DNA of 64,000 bases from a virus: positions 8,588 to 72,587 of the IMG/VR virus record IMGVR_UViG_3300035670_000150. One strand, 5' to 3'. Of this stretch, positions 9,249 to 22,100 are shown one piece after another. Each line of letters begins with the position of its first letter. The first letter of the stretch is position 1. The notes under the pieces are model-generated. The model worked only from the letters and a program-made list of their open reading frames with translations. It was not told the DNA's origin and did not search any database. Made by a program: the position numbers and the translations under genes.

Positions 9249-11378
9249 ATGAGTATCTTCAGTCGAACTAAATATTACTTTGGTTCTGCCACTACGTTGA
9301 TTATGGATGAGACTCCAAACCTCGTTGGGGACTCTGTTAAATTATCAGTGGTGAATAACCGTGATATAGCCAATGACCTCATTGCCAATTATATGGATAG
9401 CCTCCATATGAAAGGTAAGCAATTACGCAGATACGCTAAAACGCATTATACGAGGGGTTTACCTGAAGGGGTAACCAACTATCAACAACCTAAGAATGAC
9501 CTCGTTAGAGTGCTTCTACGAAGCCTGCTAGGCTTTAACGTGCTCATCTATAAAAACGTTATTGATACTGCTGACCCTCTACGCTTTGCCTTCCCCTTTC
9601 TCACTGCTAACCGTGGCTATGATGTTAGCACTAACATAGTCTCTGCCCCTCCTTATACGGTAGCTGCTGGGGTAACAGTGAAAGTAGCTTGGGCTGACTT
9701 CCTTTCCCCTACCCAGATAGAACTAGCCTACGAGCATCTTAATATGTTTGGGGAATATGTAGAAGGGTTTAAGGAAACCATTACTTTGGCTTCTCCTGTG
9801 GTATTGGACAGTCGTTATTACCATGTCTGCTATTACCCTTTAGATAAGTATGCTGAAATCAGTGGGGGAATGGAATTTTGGTTCTATGATGAACGGTCTA
9901 ACCAATACCCTGTATTAACTCTGCCTGATGTTTTGGTAGAGGAAAGTCAGTATTACCCTGTTGTACCCATTAGGGAAGACAAGGTAAATATGACTGCTGA
10001 AAACTTACGGGATACTGAGTTATACCTAACCAGTAAAAGAACACTGAAATTTTTTGGTATTGATATAAATGCCCTATCAGATGCTGTGCATGAGTCACCT
10101 GATATTAACGATGTGCAACATGCTTACGTGACTGTTGGAGTTAATATTAAAGATACCAATGATTATGTTTTAGAGTACTTGTTTAATTACTTCCTCTACC
10201 TTTATGACAGGTCAGAAGTTACTGAACAGGAATTCTATTACTGGCTACATAACTACTCGAATAATTATTATAGTACCGAACTACCACCGACTAACATAGT
10301 GAGAATTAAAGATAGTCACTATGATGCTTCAGTCTATTATAACTATATCACTACGAGTATTGATGAAGGGGTGGTGGCTGACGGTAAACTTGGTGGATTT
10401 GAAAGGGTAGTCTCTACAGGTTCGAGTATTGCCCTCGATGAGAACACTTACTACGAAATGTCTGAATATACTATCAGGTGCCAAATAACCCCTAGATTTG
10501 TGCAGACAGTCAAAGTATATGGTCTAATTCATGAATCCTTTGTGACTGCCCAAGGCAGGGGTAAGTTCATTAAGACTACGCTTAATGATGCTATTCATGA
10601 TGATGACGAGGAGAAAAATAATTTTATCATTCCTCTAAATATTGATGTGTGCGAAGGCATGAGTAATTTAAAGGCAAATGGAGTGCTTTATTACTCTATT
10701 CGAATTGTCTTTCATAGCATGGTCAAAAAGAAATTGAAGTGGTATCAAACAGGGCTATTCCGAGGAATCATCATGGTGATTTCCTTGGTTCTGACTGCTT
10801 ATGGTATGGGGCAATTTGCTGCTGCTTTGATGTCTACTACTACGGTAGCTCAAGTGGTTATGCTCATTGTGCAAACCATTGCTATTGGTGCTGCTGTGAA
10901 TATTGCCATGGACTTTTTGATTAACGTTATTGGCCTAGAACTGGCTATGGTAGTAGTACTTATTGCCAGTGCTGTAGCCATGACAAATACTAATGTTTCT
11001 TTCAAAGATATAGGGGGATTCAGATTACCTACTGCGGTAGATTTATTGCAGATAACCAACTCTATGCAGAATTCTTTACAGAACTATATCGGAGATGAAA
11101 TATCAGGGGTTTACTCTGATATGGATGAATTTATCGAATATGGTAAGCAGCTCATGGATGAACTTGAGGAGTTGAAAGACAGTGGGGTATTAAATCCCTA
11201 TACTATGGGTATTGTGGATACTTCAATGGGTGTTTATGAAACTGCTGAAGAATTTATAAACAGGACTACCTATGATGATAATATAGGGGTGCTTGCTTTG
11301 GAAACACCTTCAACATTCGTAGAACGTATCCTCACTTTGGATATGCCTTCGAATGAAATCAGAACACAAGTAATGTAA
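9249..11378 (+). CDS. N4 gp53-like virion/tail protein with hydrophobic C-terminal segments
   Basis: KKKLKWYQTGLF followed by TM-like stretches; synteny. Confidence 0.75.
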   Translation: MSIFSRTKYYFGSATTLIMDETPNLVGDSVKLSVVNNRDIANDLIANYMDSLHMKGKQLRRYAKTHYTRGLPEGVTNYQQPKNDLVRVLLRSLLGFNVLIYKNVIDTADPLRFAFPFLTANRGYDVSTNIVSAPPYTVAAGVTVKVAWADFLSPTQIELAYEHLNMFGEYVEGFKETITLASPVVLDSRYYHVCYYPLDKYAEISGGMEFWFYDERSNQYPVLTLPDVLVEESQYYPVVPIREDKVNMTAENLRDTELYLTSKRTLKFFGIDINALSDAVHESPDINDVQHAYVTVGVNIKDTNDYVLEYLFNYFLYLYDRSEVTEQEFYYWLHNYSNNYYSTELPPTNIVRIKDSHYDASVYYNYITTSIDEGVVADGKLGGFERVVSTGSSIALDENTYYEMSEYTIRCQITPRFVQTVKVYGLIHESFVTAQGRGKFIKTTLNDAIHDDDEEKNNFIIPLNIDVCEGMSNLKANGVLYYSIRIVFHSMVKKKLKWYQTGLFRGIIMVISLVLTAYGMGQFAAALMSTTTVAQVVMLIVQTIAIGAAVNIAMDFLINVIGLELAMVVVLIASAVAMTNTNVSFKDIGGFRLPTAVDLLQITNSMQNSLQNYIGDEISGVYSDMDEFIEYGKQLMDELEELKDSGVLNPYTMGIVDTSMGVYETAEEFINRTTYDDNIGVLALETPSTFVERILTLDMPSNEIRTQVM

Positions 11379-11387
11379 GGAGTCGAT

Positions 11388-11891
11388 ATGACAGTTAACA
11401 ACTCTCTTTGGAGTATGCCTTCTATGATGCCTAATACCAATGCGGCAGTGGGCAATAGTTCCAATAACAGCCTATGGGGCAATACCTCATACACCATGCC
11501 TACAGCCCCTGTAGCGCCTACAGCAGACTTTTGGGGTGCAGCTAATATGCTGACACCTGAAGCTTTGATGATGGCCTTTAATCAGCAAAATGGTGGGGGT
11601 ATGGGCAATTTCAGTAATGTGCCTGCTGTTCAAGGTATGTCGATGTTTAATACACAACAACAGCAACCCTCTTTCTGGAAGAATGCTGAGATGTTTGGCA
11701 CCATTGGTAAAGGCTTACAAGGTCTTTCAGCTATTGGCGGTACTGTCCTTGGTTTCCAGCAATTGAATGAAGCCAAAGACCAAGCAGCATTTCAGAAAGA
11801 AGCATTCTGGATGAACTACAACCAACAACTAGAAGATAGGAAAGAAGCAGCCAGACGCAGGGAAAGTGCTGCTGCGGTATCTAAAGGTTAA
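11388..11891 (+). CDS. N4 gp52-like small internal/ejection protein
   Basis: Gly/Asn/Met-rich with a glycine-rich hydrophobic segment and AFQKEAF.MNY; synteny. Confidence 0.7.
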   Translation: MTVNNSLWSMPSMMPNTNAAVGNSSNNSLWGNTSYTMPTAPVAPTADFWGAANMLTPEALMMAFNQQNGGGMGNFSNVPAVQGMSMFNTQQQQPSFWKNAEMFGTIGKGLQGLSAIGGTVLGFQQLNEAKDQAAFQKEAFWMNYNQQLEDRKEAARRRESAAAVSKG

Positions 11892-11908
11892 TAGATAGGG
11901 GATTAAGC

Positions 11909-13186
11909 ATGGCTATTACATGGCGTAACGTAGATGCTCCTAACATGGCTAGTGCCAATGCTTTGGGAGTTACCGCAGGTAGGCAAATAACTCAAGGGTT
12001 AGATGCCCTCTCTTCTTTGGCTTTGGACAGGGAAGACGAAATTCAAAAAGAGAATACTCAAACGGTACTAGACCGCATCTACGCTATGAACTCCGTGGCT
12101 GATGTGGAAAGTGCATTGAGTAGTAATGCTTATGGATTAGATGCCCTTAACCAAGAATTTGGTAATAAGGGTGTGGATGTAACCAAAGTAAGAAATGCCC
12201 TTATGGAAAGGGATAACCAAATCATGACGGATGAAAACACCCGTTATGAATATGACACTAACTTAACCAAACGTAAGGATACTCCTTTGTTGGATAAGAA
12301 ATTTAGTGAATTAATTGATGCTGGTTCTTTGGATGAGATTAATAGCATTACTGCTGATTTAGATAACAGCGGTTTATCAGAGGCGGGTATTCTTGCAGTA
12401 CGCCAAGCTGAAGCCAAGGCTAAGCAAAATTTACTTGATTTGAAAGATGCTGAGGTTAACCGTACTCGGTCTGCTATTAATTTCCAAAATAGCCAGCAAA
12501 AACACCAATGGGATGCATCTAATCAAGCCTTCACTCAATACAACCAAGAACAGCAAAAAATGGCTGATTTTGTTAATAAGTATGAGCCTGAAAAGGTACT
12601 CGAAATTCAGAGTACTTTGGCTACTGCACAAAGTGAAATGGAAAAGATAGCTAAAAAGTATCCTACCAATGTTGACTTGGATGCTGTAGTAGAAAAAGGT
12701 ACTGCGGTAGATGCTATTTCTGATTACGTGAAAACTCTTGATTCCTCTAAAGTTGACGTAGCTGAAGTCCAAAGACGCTTAGAAGATAAGATTATTCATA
12801 ATGGGGATAAAAATGTTTTCACTGTTGATGTAGGTGAAATGGTTAATGGTGAACTGGTTAAAAAGCAAAAAAGTTACACTATGAGCAATATGCCTAAATG
12901 GGTAGTTGACCAGAGTTTGAAATCCATCGGTGAAATTAGTGATGATTGGTATTTCTCTGATTGGGGTAAAGGGGATTTAAAAAGCAAACAACGGGAAAAG
13001 TTTGTTAAGGATATTAAGACTAACCTTGAAATCTATAGTGATTACAGGCTTAATGTGTTGCAGAAAGAGAGAGAGGAAAATAAGGTAAAAGCAGTTATTG
13101 CTAATGCTCATTCACAGGAACTCGCTAGGGTACTTAGAGCAGAGCAGGCTTATAAAGAATCTCTTAAACCTAAGAAATCCCTTTAA
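11909..13186 (+). CDS. N4 gp51-like internal/ejection protein
   Basis: MAITWRNVDAP N-terminus typical of the gene before vRNAP; no Cys seen. Confidence 0.7.
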   Translation: MAITWRNVDAPNMASANALGVTAGRQITQGLDALSSLALDREDEIQKENTQTVLDRIYAMNSVADVESALSSNAYGLDALNQEFGNKGVDVTKVRNALMERDNQIMTDENTRYEYDTNLTKRKDTPLLDKKFSELIDAGSLDEINSITADLDNSGLSEAGILAVRQAEAKAKQNLLDLKDAEVNRTRSAINFQNSQQKHQWDASNQAFTQYNQEQQKMADFVNKYEPEKVLEIQSTLATAQSEMEKIAKKYPTNVDLDAVVEKGTAVDAISDYVKTLDSSKVDVAEVQRRLEDKIIHNGDKNVFTVDVGEMVNGELVKKQKSYTMSNMPKWVVDQSLKSIGEISDDWYFSDWGKGDLKSKQREKFVKDIKTNLEIYSDYRLNVLQKEREENKVKAVIANAHSQELARVLRAEQAYKESLKPKKSL

Positions 13187-13198
13187 GGTAATCAGATA

Positions 13199-16100
13199 AT
13201 GGCTAAAACCCCTTTAGATACAGCTTATGATGAAATTCTAAGTCCCGCTGAACAAAAGTTAGCTGCGGCAGTAGAGGCCAGTAATAAAGACCTTGCGGTT
13301 ATTGCAGATATTCGCAAGTCTTATTTAGACGCACAAACTGCCCGTGTTAGGGATAGGGCAGAGTCTCCCAATGCGGTTGTATCTGATACGGATTTAAGCA
13401 CTTTCACAGGCCAACTCACTAACTTAGCTATCAGTGCAGGAGCTAAAACCGTTTCCGTTTTAGGAGATGTGATTCAAGCTCCTGCTAAGCTATGGCGTGA
13501 AAACGAATTAGCCAGTGCCAATATTACCCAAGAGGATATTGATAATTATTGGTCACTGAAAAATAAGCAAGTGCAAGAAGCTGCTGGTATGAATCTGCTT
13601 GAAGATTATACCGAAGCAGAGAAAGCCTTGACTAAACCCAACATTGGTAAGACCCGTGGTGTGGGTACTTACATGACTACCCATGATGCCCCTTCTAAAG
13701 CTCAGACATTAGATGCTTTCTTTGAAGGTGAGAAGAATGCTCAAGTATCACGTACTTACGTATACGATGCTTTTTCAAGATATGCCAATGACCTCAAGAA
13801 AAATGAGGTTATGGCTGATGCTAAGAAGACCTACGAAGAAAATAAAAAAGATGTTGTTCAGGGATTTGAAGAACTCAGAAAAGGTGATTTAGCGGGTATT
13901 GGTAAAATGGTATCTGCTGCTGATAAGATGGGCGCAGATGCTTTGGTTACCTTATTCACTAATCCTTCAGGCACTGCCCAATTAGCTGCTGAAGCTATTC
14001 CAACTGCTGTTATGGCTGCTATTAGTGCTCCGTTAAGTGCTGCTGCTTATGGAACTTCGTATATCCGTGATGCAGAAGACATGTACAGACGGGAGTACAA
14101 AAAGATGCCTTTGGGTACTGACCGTGCAATCATGGTTAGTGGTTCTATGCTGGCTGGTGCAGTGGGTACTTATGCTGACCGTTTACTGGGTAGGGCAGTA
14201 GTCAACTCCATCGGTGGCAATGCAACTAAAGTTGCTGGTGAAGTGGCCGAAGACGTTGCTCAAGGTAGCCTCAAGGAAGGGGCTAAAAAGGTCACTCAGG
14301 AGCTGGTAGACACTGCCTTGGGGATTGCTGCTACTGCAACGAAAGAAGGAATTACAGAAGCTACTGAGCAGGCTATTAACGAATACTCAGGTAAGCAAGA
14401 CATCGACAAAATGGATGGTGCTGAAATCTTCGCTAATGGTGTAGCAGGTTTTGGTGCTGGTGGTATGTTAGCTGGTGGTGCTACCGCTGTAGGTAAAGTG
14501 AATGACTTTGCCAAATCAGCTAAGGCTTCCATCGTAGCCAAAGAGGCAACTAAAACTGTATTGGCCGCTGATGCCAAAGCTGATGAAGCTACTTCTGAGC
14601 AAGGCGTGGTTAATCCTGAAGTCAGAAAAGGTGCTGACTTATCTTCCTCTTTGGGTATTGCCAAAGTTATTCGTAATGCCCGTACAGTGCTAGAGAAGGA
14701 TGAAACTGACCAAGGTACTCGGGAAGATACCATTCTTTTTGCTAAACATGCTCTGTCCTCTATCGACAACCGTTTAGATGCTACTGCTGAAAAACTGTTG
14801 GATGTAGAAGACATGAGCAAGGTTGAAGGCATTAGTGAAGATGCTAAAGAGCTGCTGAATTCTACTAAGAATGAATTACTCAAAGAGCAGAAGCGTTTAC
14901 AAAAAATTAAAGATGAAAACGCTGAAAAGATTACTGCTGAATATGATGCTTTAGTTTCTAATCCTGAAGTGTATGAAGCTGCTAAGTCTCGTCTGACTGC
15001 TGAAAAGTTAGATGAGCTTGCAGACATGGATACTCAAGCAGTCCCTCTCGATGAAGAGTCAGACACTACTGAGACTGATACCACTCCTACAGTAGATAAC
15101 ACACTGGATAAAGATGCAGCCTTGCTTGCTGCTTCCTCTTTGGTTACCGATAAGGTAACCCCTGAAGATTTAGAAGCTGCTGCTAACTCCTCTAAAATCT
15201 CTCCTCAACGTGCTACACAGTTGAAAGAGACTGCAATTCTCAATCGACTAATTGATGTTGCTAAGTCTTCTGCCATGGTAGCAAAAGACATTATTGAAGG
15301 TGGTGAAGGTTTCGTAGGTATCAAGCAATATCAACAACGTATTACTGAGCATTTAAACTCAGGCAGTCTACGTACTGCTGCAAGAGACTTAACTAGCTTA
15401 GGTAAATTTGCTGCTCACCATGAAGCCAAGGCCAAGGCGTATGAAGCTGCTTTAGTGCAAGCACAGAATGCTCCTAAAGGTACTCGTATCGAGGTAGCAG
15501 GATTCCGTACTCTACCAACTAAAGCCAATCCTAAAGGTAACCCTGTTACCTTGGATGCCAATGCTGGCAAGTTGGTTAACAGTGTTCGTCAAGAAGCTGA
15601 TTTAGTGAAGAGTGCCTTTACCTCTTTGGCTAACCAAGTGACTGCTTTCATGCCTAAGCAGAATACAGCTAAGCCTGAGACTGCTCCTACTGAGACTGCT
15701 CCTAAAGCTGAAGCCCCTAAAACTGAGGCACCTAAAGCTGAACCCGTGGTTCAAGAGACAGTCAATAAAACTGAACCTGAAGCCAAGCCCGAAGAAAAAA
15801 CTTCTGAGCCTGAAACAGTAAGTGAACCTACTGCCAGTGTTCAAGAGCAGACTGTTCAAGAGCAAGTTGCTGAGGAGCAAGCTGTTGAAGAACAGGTTAC
15901 TGAGGAGCAAGAAGATACTTCTCCTAACCCTATTACCAAGTCAGTGAACCAAGGTAGTAGAGCTGGACTGAAGCCTAAGCACCTTGTTAATGAAGCAGAT
16001 GCTCAACACTTAATGACAAATCCTGTAACCCTGTTTAAACGCATCAAACGGGGCGTATTATGGGCGATTAATTACAGAGATACCAATGCAGTAATGGAAG

Positions 16101-19100
16101 CGTTAAATCGCGAATTGACTCCATCTGAGAGCTTATTACTGGATAAGCTGCCAGTCTTCATGGGAGGATTCGAAGCCCGCTTAAGAAGCTTGCTGCCATC
16201 TCCTGAAACTGTGTTGAGTAAACGTGGTTGGCAAAGTGTCTCTGCCCCACTTCACGCCTTCACACTGGAAGATGGTACTTTCAGCAAAGAGTTCACCGAA
16301 GCTATGGCTATCTCTGCGTTGGAATACTTGGAGAGCAATAGCTTATCTCTGATGGGAGATAACACCACAAGCATTGCTACCCTACTTGGTTTGGATACCA
16401 AGGACTTTGTACCTACTCGGGAACAATACGAAGCCTTGGGTAATGCAGGAAGCCCTTACGCTGACGTAGCACAAAAGCTTGGTGCCATTGCCCTTAAGAA
16501 CATGGGAATGAAGAAGGATTCTTCTAAGCCTCAAAATATCATGAATAACATGGAGTATGACTTAGGTCGGGCAATCATTGGGGCATTGAATGGAACTACC
16601 CGTGAGAATGGTATTCTGACAGTAACCAGCTATAAGATTAGTGATTTAGTGGCTCTTGGTGGTGATTACACTATCGACCCTAAAAACCCGCACGCCACTA
16701 TTGAATCCATTGCATTCAACCCTAAAGTGGTTGCTAGCTTCCTTGGGGTTAAAGATGTGTCCTCTATCTTTGGGGGCACTAATGGCTTATTAACTACCCT
16801 AACCAGTAATAAAGCTGAGTTACCTAAAGCAGAGATTGGTACTAAAACCCAAAAAGTGAGCAATTTTATTAGGCGCTCTAAAGGCCAAAAAGCGCCAAAA
16901 GAATTTGTAGAAGGTTTACAAAAAGATGCCAATGTACCTAATTACTTAGACTTGAATATGCATACGCTATTCAATGAATTAGGTAAAAATTGGTTTGCTT
17001 ATATGTTAGGCACACGGGATGCAAGCAAGGCTATTCTAGGTAAACGCCCTTCTATCGAAGGTAAGAATAAAACTGCTGAAGTGGACATTACTCGTTATGA
17101 AATGTTCCTAGCTCGTATGCAAGAGACAGCGGGCAATCTTACTGCTCCATTCTTCTATAACTACCGTATTGGTAAACAGCTACGGGCAAGTGCTATTGGT
17201 TCAGATATTAATTTCCAGACCTCTAAATTCCATCGGTATATGACTGCCATGGAACCAAGTGAAATTGATATGGTTAATGATACAAACCAATCATTCACTC
17301 TGTTCAAGTTGGGCGTAGCTCAAGGTTTAGGTTTCGGTGTAGACAAGAAGACAATTCAAGCCAGTTTAGCATTTTATGATAGCGTGTTAGCTGACCCTGT
17401 GTTCATGAATGGTGTCTATGCCATTAAGGAAATCTTAAGTGGTACACCTGCTACTGACGGCCATAGACAAGCCATTCTTGATGCAGTAGAGAAAGGCGAA
17501 GAAGCTACCCATTCCCTGAAATCGTTAACAGGTCTGGCCGAAATGCTTATGGCTACTGAGGGTAAATTCAATACCACAGTAACTCTTGAGCTTGATGGTG
17601 TGACTAACGGTGTAGCTAACGCCCATATCCAAATGGGATTGGCTATGCAGAATGGTAAGTTAACTGAAACTTCTCGTATTCGTTTAGCTCAGAGTGGGTT
17701 CTTCTTAGATGGTACTGAGACATACAACGAATGGATTAACCGTGCTGGTAATATGGATATGTACCAGTCAACGGCTGTTGCAGCTAACGTAGCTGAACAA
17801 GTATGGATTGAGGATTCAGCTAACCAAGATATGCTTGGTACTTTGGCTACTTTCAAGAAATACACAGGGGAATTAGTTAAGGAAACTATCGAAGGGGATT
17901 TGGCTGCTACGTCTGAAGGACGTAACTTTGTCAAGAACCCTATTACTACTACTGTGTATGCATCGGGTGCTAAAAGCCGTAGTGATAAGATGGCAGATAA
18001 GGTCATGGACAACCTATTAGATGCCGTTGAGAAAGCTGTTTTAGCTAATGATGTTCAAGCATTGAATGAGTTGAAACAGGACATCAGTACTCTTGCGGGT
18101 ATGAGAATCATCTTCCCTCGTAACATGATGGAATTTGAATTTAACTCTTTCATTGCTAAGGGTATTAAGTACTCATTCAGTAAATCGCTGGGTGCCATTG
18201 TCAACGAAGCAATTTCTAATGAGTATGCTAAACAATTAGATAACACTGCATTGGTCACTGAAACCAGTAACGTTATCTTTGATATGTTCAATGCTTTGTA
18301 TCAAACCAAGATTAAAGAAAAGTTAGCTGAATTGAGAAGTGCAGGTAAGTTAAGCACTTACGCTTACTTGTCTGAAGACCAATTGGATGAGATTAAAAAT
18401 TCCTTACTCCATACTATGCCCGTATTCAATTCTTTTTACGGTAACATCAGTAACGGGGTAATGACTGCCAAATACTCGGGCACTAGCAATGTAAGTAATG
18501 CGGATAAAGATGTGAAAGCTGCATTCCATCTTGGTTCTGCGTTAGGCCACAGAGGAAGCAACTACTCCTATACCGATGGTTACGAAGCTCCTGCTGCTGG
18601 TACTATGGCTATTCTAAACATCGCCTTCGGTGATGCTACAACCATGGCTAGAGCAGCATATAAGTCAGATGAGCCACTAGGATTAAACGTATTCGATGCT
18701 CGGTTAACCCGTATTGCTAACGTAGCCAATACTGCTACAGCATTAAACGAATCCGCTTATGAAGCAGTGACTTACCATAATCTGTTGGGCACAGTGAGTA
18801 AGCGTTTACAGGAAGCCACTAAAGAGTTTATGCAAAGTGGAGTAAGTAAAACTTACTCTCCTGAAATTAATGCTCTAGCCCATAAGGTGCTTGTGGCTCA
18901 TTACTCTGATGGGTTAAGCCTTATCAATGGTAAAGCCCATTACAAAAATAGCGATGGCAAACCAATTGCACTTGAAGATGCTGAAGTGGCTCAGTCATTT
19001 ACTCCTGATATGCTTGTGCGTTACATAGACAACTTGAATGCTCGTATGACTGCTGCCCATAAGCAAAGTCAAGAAGCTAAGCAAGTGCTGTACAAGTCAC

Positions 19101-22100
19101 TTAGCGTAAACCAATTCAGTTCCGTTACTGGTGGGGCTAAGTTTGCTAATGGTAAGAAGCAGGATGTACGTGACTTCACTATGGAAGAAGCGGCTAATGC
19201 CCAAGCCTCTTTAGAGACCCGTATCATTGAAACAGTGATGGACTCTACGGAACCTTTAACAGGAGATATTGACCAGACTTTAGCTAACTTAGAAGCTGTA
19301 TTACCTCCTGTTCAAGCAGAGACACCAAGTGTTGCCACGGTAGAGCCTAAGCTAGAAGCTATCATTGCAGGCCGTACTGAGTTCCCTCTTGCCGATATTC
19401 TGAATAATTTGAAAGACCTCACAGATATTCGTACTGCTAAAGCAATGCGGGAATTACTGAGTAATCTTCGTGGTTCGAATATTCAGGTAAGAATCTTAGG
19501 TGCCAATGAACAGAAAGTGATTGCTACTTCACTAGGCGAGATGAGCACAGAGTCCCTATACGGTTATTGGGAACCCAATGAAAAGGTCATCTACTTGCAA
19601 GGTACTCACTCCCCTAATTCAGGCGTGGCTATTGAAACACTTTTGCATGAGGCAATTCATGCGGCTTTGGATAGCAGACTAACCAGTATCGAAAAACAAC
19701 TCACTCAAGGTGTGAATGGAGGCCATACAGTTAAAGAGCTTAGTGCCTATAAGCACATTGAACAGATGCGAGCTAAGGCTAAAGAATTCTTAGATGCTGA
19801 CTCTACAGCCAACATTAAAGAGTTTATTGCATGGGGCTTATCCAATGCTAAAAACAGGGGTTTGTTAAGTAAACAACCAACCCGTATTAGGGCATTTGTT
19901 AAGGCTATCGTTACCCAATTGAAATTGATGCTCGGGCTGAAAACTCAAGATTCAAACATGCTTCTTGATTTACTTGCTGATGCCATGGTTATTGGTAAAG
20001 CAGGCACTGAGGTACGGAGTTCACTAGATAACACTATAGCAAGTTCTCCTCAAGTGGCTCATGATGCTACACGTTATATGGACTTAAACCAAATCTATGA
20101 CCATATTGCCAAAAGCAACACTAATACCATTACTGCAAGCCATGATGCCCATCTACGTGAGGTATTAAATAAGGCTGTTATCAAGGCCATTAACCCTACT
20201 CTGTTGGTTATCCCTGATAATGCTAAAACTTTATCTTCTCAGGATGCTGCTTTACTTCATGCATTAGACCCTGAAATTCGTAAAGACTTTGGTTTGTTGA
20301 CTGCTCTCAACTTCCGTGTAAGTGACCAAGAACTCATGGTCTATGCAACCTATAGCACTATCATTGGTTCAGCCTTAAATGACTTTGGTTGGAATACCCG
20401 TGAAATCCGTAGGATGTACGCCCATGCTAAGAAGAATCTAAGCTGGCGTGACTTTATTGGACAGGACAGTGTACTTGATACTGAGGCAGATAGAGCACGT
20501 TCTGAAAGTGAAGCTAGGGCAAGATACAATGCAGTATTTGCCAATACTCAGACTAATGATTATCTGCGTAACTTCATGGCCTTGGCTGCTACTAACGAAG
20601 CGTTCAGGGAAAGATTGGCTACTCTAACCACTCCACCAGCGGTAAGCAAAGCTATCAGAGGGGAAACTGTTAGAGACACTCTTAAAAATATTATTGAAGC
20701 TATCTTAAACTTTTTGAATGACTTAGCTATCACTCGTTCACATGAACCTACTGTGTTGGCTAAGTTAGACAAATTGGCTAAGAACATTCGTCACAGAGAA
20801 ATTAAAGAGAAGAATAAACTACAAAGTAAGATTATTAAATCTGCTAAGTTTGCTTCTAAAGTACTGAATACTGTGAATGAATTCAGTCGTATTAAGATTG
20901 ATAAAGCATTCGATAAAATGAAAAAGAAAGTGAGTAAACGCAGAATACTAAATGCTGCTGTAACTCTTTCTAGTGTGGTACTCAGTGAACGTAGAGCAAG
21001 TGAATTCGCTTTCGGTTTGGATACCATTCAGAACTTTATGACTACGGGTCGTGAGGGATTTGTATCTGCCTTATGGACAGACCTAAAAGGGACTGATGAT
21101 AGCAATATCCGTATTCATAGTTTGCTGGCAACGAAGAACAAGCTAATCGACCAAGAGACAGTGAACGTTAAAACCAATACTTCTGAATTGGTAAAATCCT
21201 TGTTTGGTAAAGAGCTTACTGATAAAGAAAGTGTAGCTGCTACTAAAGTACTGATAGCTCCTGACTTATCCAGCTTATTAACTAATGGCTATAGCTTTGC
21301 TCAAATTGCTAACTTCTTGAATAACCCTCTAGCTGTTAAAAATGAGGCGACTAGGCTGCAAGTGGCTATACGCCAACAGGCACCAAAAGGCACAGATGAG
21401 TATTTCATTAACCAAGCCAAGAACACTGCTCACATGATGATTAGAGGCTATCAGAAGTACCGAGGCCACGTTATGAGTAACGCTGCAACTATCGTTACTC
21501 TGTTCGGTACTGGTGAACCTAATCCCAATGCGAGTATGCAAGTTAGGACTATGGTAGATTCCTTGATTACTCTGGAAGCCTTGCAACTGGTTGACCCTGT
21601 GCAACTACAGATGATGAGCAATCTGTATAAGAGAGAGGCTGCTCGTAAAGGGGAAAACGGTGTTGAGTCCCTTTTGGCTATGCACAACGTAGTGAAAGAC
21701 AAAGTGCTTAAGAACACCTTCTTAGGTAATGAGTTCAACTATGTCAAAGGCCATACCACAGACATTACTGACCCTTACATGTCAATCCAGATTGCACCTA
21801 AGAGTATGGAAAATGAGCTGCTGATGCAGAACTATGAAAGGGTTGGGGAACCTCTCGTTAAGGATAAGCATGACCCAGTGGCAGAGCCAATGTATATGTA
21901 TGTGTCCAACTACGGGGGCGAAGCTACTTACCTGCAAGGAGCAATGTCTCTTGCAAGTAAAGGTGCTCGGGGTATGAGTGTGCTTGATGCTAATAACCAA
22001 GCAGGCAATGCCCTACCTATCTACAAACAGAAGGATTTGATTAACAAGATTCGTAGAGGCAAGGCCATTGATAACCAGAAGTTGTTCATGCCTAACCCTC